A stretch of 64,000 nt of DNA from NCBI RefSeq assembly GCF_009914755.1, contig NC_060936.1. One strand, given 5' to 3'. The notes beneath the pieces were generated by a model, which was given only the letters and a program-made list of their open reading frames with translations, was not told where the DNA came from and did no database searches. Source of the DNA: the human T2T-CHM13v2.0 reference genome, Homo sapiens. Of the stretch, positions 58,944 to 64,000 are shown in pieces (within the stretch, counting starts at the first letter, position 1; each line of letters starts with the position of its first letter). The position numbers and the translations under genes were made by a program.

Positions 58944-59482
58944 TTAGCCAGTGTTTAGCAGCTTCTTCATTGTTTACCTGACACCTTGTCCAGGGGATCT
59001 TGTCTCACTGTGTTGTACTTATTTGCCTTCTGACTGTCCCCTCACTGGACCAAAAGCTCCTTCAGGCTGGGACTTTGTCTTCTTCAGCATCTTGCATTGG
59101 CCTGGCACATAGTAAGTGCTGCATAAATATTTGGTGAACACATGGAGAAATGAGACACGGAGTGTGAGCACTGCAGCTGTCTAGAAATGTGCTATTTCAT
59201 AAAGCCAAGGGCAATTAACGACCCTTGGGATAAGAACAGTGACCACCTCATGGGACTGTGCATATTAAATGCCTTAAAGATTTAAAGCTGTCAGAATAGG
59301 GCTGACGCATACTAGGTGCTTAATATATGTCAGCTACTGTTGTTGTTGTTATTTTTCTCACTCTGGGGCTCTCTCTTTCAGAAAGGCTTGCAATTTGAGG
59401 GTAACCAATGGCAGGCAGACATGGATAGGTGGACATAGTGGGGGAATCTCTCTTGAGGCTCAACATATGTAAATTTAGGCTA

Positions 59483-59823
<341 letters not shown>

Positions 59824-60524
59824 GCTACTTCTTTATAAAGTGAGTTGTTAATAGATATTATGCTAAGGGATGAATATACAGACATAGTGGATGAGATTGA
59901 GGACTGTGGACCAGACTGTTTGAGTTGGAATCTTGAGTCCATGGCTCACTTAGCCTCAGTTTCCCCACTTGTAAAATGGGGATAATAATATGTACCTTAT
60001 AGGGTTATTATCAAGGTGGAATGAATTCATGTATATAAAACAACACATAGTAAGACTCTATGAGTCTATCACCATCATTATTATTATTATTTTTAGATGT
60101 ATTCTTGAATGATAGCTCCCAAATGGATCTTCCCCAAAGGGAATCTGGAATATTCGAGGACTGTTTGGATAGCATAGACATGCCATGACTTCCCATTTCA
60201 ATCCCAGACAGACATGGCTAGTTGATCCTGCAGTTTTTTTCCCCTCTGAGCCATAGACTCCTCCTCCAGGCAGCCACCACTAATCAATTACGGTATGAAC
60301 ACTGTTTGCATCATTATCCTTAGGGATCACCATTAAGTACTGGGGGAAGGTGCATAGACCCAGGGTTAAGGACGTGAAGAAGAGTTTCCCTGGACCGAGT
60401 CCAATAACTGGAAAAAGACTGGGCCTAAATCCACACAGAGAGCTACTAAAAGTGTTGTCCATGACCGGTGCTGGTCCGTAAACTGTTGCTGGTCTGTGAG
60501 GAGCTAAGTACCAAAATTGTTATT

Positions 60525-61146
<622 letters not shown>

Positions 61147-62339
61147 GGGAGTAAGCACTTTCTAGACCACATTTTGAGCAGAATTTAGATGGTTCTATTC
61201 TCTGCCATCACCACTGCATGGGTGTAGAAGGGGGCGGGAAGGGTCCCCTGGAAGGTGAGTGGTGGTGTTTTTTGTTTGGGGAGCTGCACTACCTCCAGCT
61301 CAATCAAAAAGAGCAGATGACTCACTGGATGGTTTTGTGCTGAACAAATTAAACCCGTCCCATCACAGCAGAGCAGTTCAGCCAACTCCATGCTGAACTT
61401 GTGCCCATATCATACATTTCATAATCCTAATTGTGGCTTGCATTTCCCTTTTGCCTTCCAAACCAAAGGCTCATCATAACAGATCTGCAAGCCCTGGGAG
61501 TTGGGTTTGTTTGCCTAGGTATTTGGTTTTCTCTCTTTTTTCCCCTAATGAATAATTTTCTAATGAAAGCAAAGTAGGGTCGCAGTATGAGGTAGATGCA
61601 TGCACGAAGGAGAAGAGGCCAGAATAAACAGACTTTGCAGGATCTCCAGGTATTCCTTCCCAGGGAGCAGCTTGTAACTGTTAATGAACTTGGATAGGTT
61701 TGCTTGAAAGCCAAGAGGTCTCTGAGAGAATGCCCAGGATAGCTTTGAAGATGTGATTGAGGAATTCACATTTCTTCTCTGCCAACCCTGCCTCCTCAAG
61801 AGGACACCCAGCTTGTAAGTGAAGTGATAGTTCTGTGAGTTAAATGAGAAATCTGTAGGTTACATAATGTTGTTGATGGCAATGGTAGGAATTAGGTCTA
61901 TTTTTTTTGAACACCTGCATGAACTCAACTGCTCTCTAAATTTTAGATCAACTTTGTGAAGTGTATAATTCTATCCTCCATTTTCCAGTGGAGGAAACTG
62001 AGGCTTAGGGAGGTGAAGTCATTTGCTTAAAATCACACGAGGAGCCGTCACCTGAGCTGGGGTTGGAACTCGTGCCTGTGGAAACTCATGCCCTTATGCC
62101 TGCCCTTAACAGGGAACAATGCCCAGAATTTGAGAAGGTCATCTGGCCTCCCCCATTTCCATATGGAATGACAGGTGTCACCTTGAAGAAATTTAGAGTT
62201 GGCTGTTACATTCTTCCATGAAAGGAGCTGTGGTTTATTTGCTTTTGGATTAGACCTGGGTTCAAATTCTGGCTAAGGCACTTACCAGCCGTCCTGGTCT
62301 TGGCCTTATTTATCTGTCCTCTGTTCTTTTCTGATTACA

Positions 62340-62750
62340 GGGGCCACATCCCTACAGCCCACATCTTCCACACTTCTTTGTCACTTGGCTTCCTGCTGGG
62401 TTTGTCCAGTGGGAGGCAATGGCATTACAGGAGAAGGCAGAAGGAAGGAAAGACCAAGGAATTTCTTCCCCTCCCTCTCTGCCTCTGGAAGGTTTGTTGA
62501 CTCTTCCAAGTTTCCAGCTTCTACTGGGTGACACTGGCCCCAAGGCTCTAGGAATCCTACCTTCTCCCTTCATCCCCCCCAGCCTTGGGTAGTAACCACT
62601 TTCTGCTGTTGCTAGTCTCTGGCTGGCCTCACCCTCCCTTATAGCCTCAGCTCCCTCCTTACCCATGTAACCAATCCCCTGCATTAAATTCTCTCTGTCG
62701 TAAATACTTGAAACAGTTTCGGATTTCTTGATTTGATTTTGACCGAGACA
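62340..62750 (+). mobile_element. LTR33-like ERVL LTR
   Basis: ggcttcctgctgggtttgtccagtgggaggc; cctgcattaaattctctctg. Confidence 0.6.
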
Positions 62751-62769
62751 CCAGCTAAGTTGACTGCTT

Positions 62770-62900
62770 CTTTTAGCCTTGATTTCCCTATCCGTAAAAT
62801 GGAGATAATAATAGTACCTTCTACCTAAGGTATTTGTGAGGATCAAATGAGTTAATTTTAGTTAAACCCTTGGCTCAGTTTCTGGCATATAATAAAAAGT
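62770..62900 (+). mobile_element. MIR SINE
   Basis: gtaaaatggagataataatagtacct...gtgaggatcaaatgag. Confidence 0.8.
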
Positions 62901-64000
62901 TTTCCCAGCTTGGAGACCTTAGGCATGCATTTCCCGCAACAATTTAAGCAGCATAATGAATTCTATAGTTAGCCAGAGAGCTTTATTTTGTTTCACTTTT
63001 TTGAAAAGTGTTGGTTCTGGGTATGCATATTAATGAATATCACCAGAAAAATACACTCCAGTGACTAAGCCTGGGAACTTAGTCTAACAGCTTTTGCCCT
63101 TCTCTCTTCCTCCTCTCTTTCACCTCAAGGAGTGGGCAAGCCAGCACCTTTTCTCAGCACCATGCATAGCCAAGTGGATGCAGAGAAAATGCTGAACTTT
63201 CAGAATTTCTTGAGGTTCCTGAAAGCCTCTGTGTCATCATGAAACAGAAGCTCATCTTACAAATCTGTCTTTCATAGAAGCTTCAGTTACTGATGCCAAA
63301 TGTCAACATATCAAATTGTTGGCTAATTTTAGCCTTATCAATGTCTTGCAGACATGTAATTAACACCACAGTTCAGCAGCAATTCAGGCGCGGAGTTCCA
63401 TTTTGCATCATGATTTTCGAGACCTTGACCATTAGTGCTAAGGTTCAAAGTCTGAAAGTGCCATCTCCATATGGGATGTCTCCTGTTCCTCCACACCTCC
63501 ACTTGTCCTTTTAAAATCAGAATCAAAATGGTCCAAGCTCCCATTTCATGTATTGTAGGATGTCCAGTGCCTTCTTGGATATACCTGGGAATCTCAGAGG
63601 GCTTTTGCACTCCCAGTCACTTCTCGTGTGGAATTCTAGATGGGTCCATGTGGTGGATGGTGTCTTGCCTCCTGAAGCTGTTGTTTCCTCTTCATCTTAC
63701 TTTAAACATTGCCCACCCCCTGCCTCAGAACATCCCCAGATGTTCTGGCAACTTCTGTGTAGTAGGCTTTTACTGAAGGCTTGAAAATGGCTGAGCTGGA
63801 CCATGGCTCAAAACAAAACAGAAAACAAGTTAAAATGGAATAGTCAACACTGTACATTTCCTTAGCCTCTCCCACCGTAGGAATTTTCTCATCAATTGCC
63901 TTTCCTGTTGGGCTCCCCTGTGCTGCCATATGGCTGGGGCTTTTCACTTCCTCCAGCTCTCTTATCTCAGCTTCTCTCATTTTGGATTGCTCCTTAATCT

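Overview
Primate nuclear DNA (catarrhine; two young AluY-lineage copies hint at an Old World monkey), non-coding and either intergenic or deep intronic. I can support no protein-coding exon, RNA gene or CpG island. The ORF track is essentially Alu, L1 or microsatellite read-through, plus decayed transposase and L1 ORF2 remnants. The window is a dense mosaic of about 25 Alus, MIR/L2 fossils, L1 fragments, MaLR/ERVL/ERV1 solo LTRs, DNA transposons (Tigger2, Tigger3a, MER20, MER3, MER53, MADE1/2) and long microsatellites. The best system-level signal is three ERV1 LTRs within about 19 kb (two MER41B-like, one related), each keeping a pair of GAS (TTCNNNGAA) motifs at exactly 21-bp spacing, a candidate interferon-gamma/STAT enhancer cluster. 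Other notable items are an FXN-like GAA expansion in an Alu linker, several local tandem or inverted micro-duplications, an ancient three-copy tandem unit, and nested insertions. Repeat subfamily names come from recalled consensus motifs, not a database search, and boundaries of old repeats are approximate. I found no convincing wholly novel biological system.
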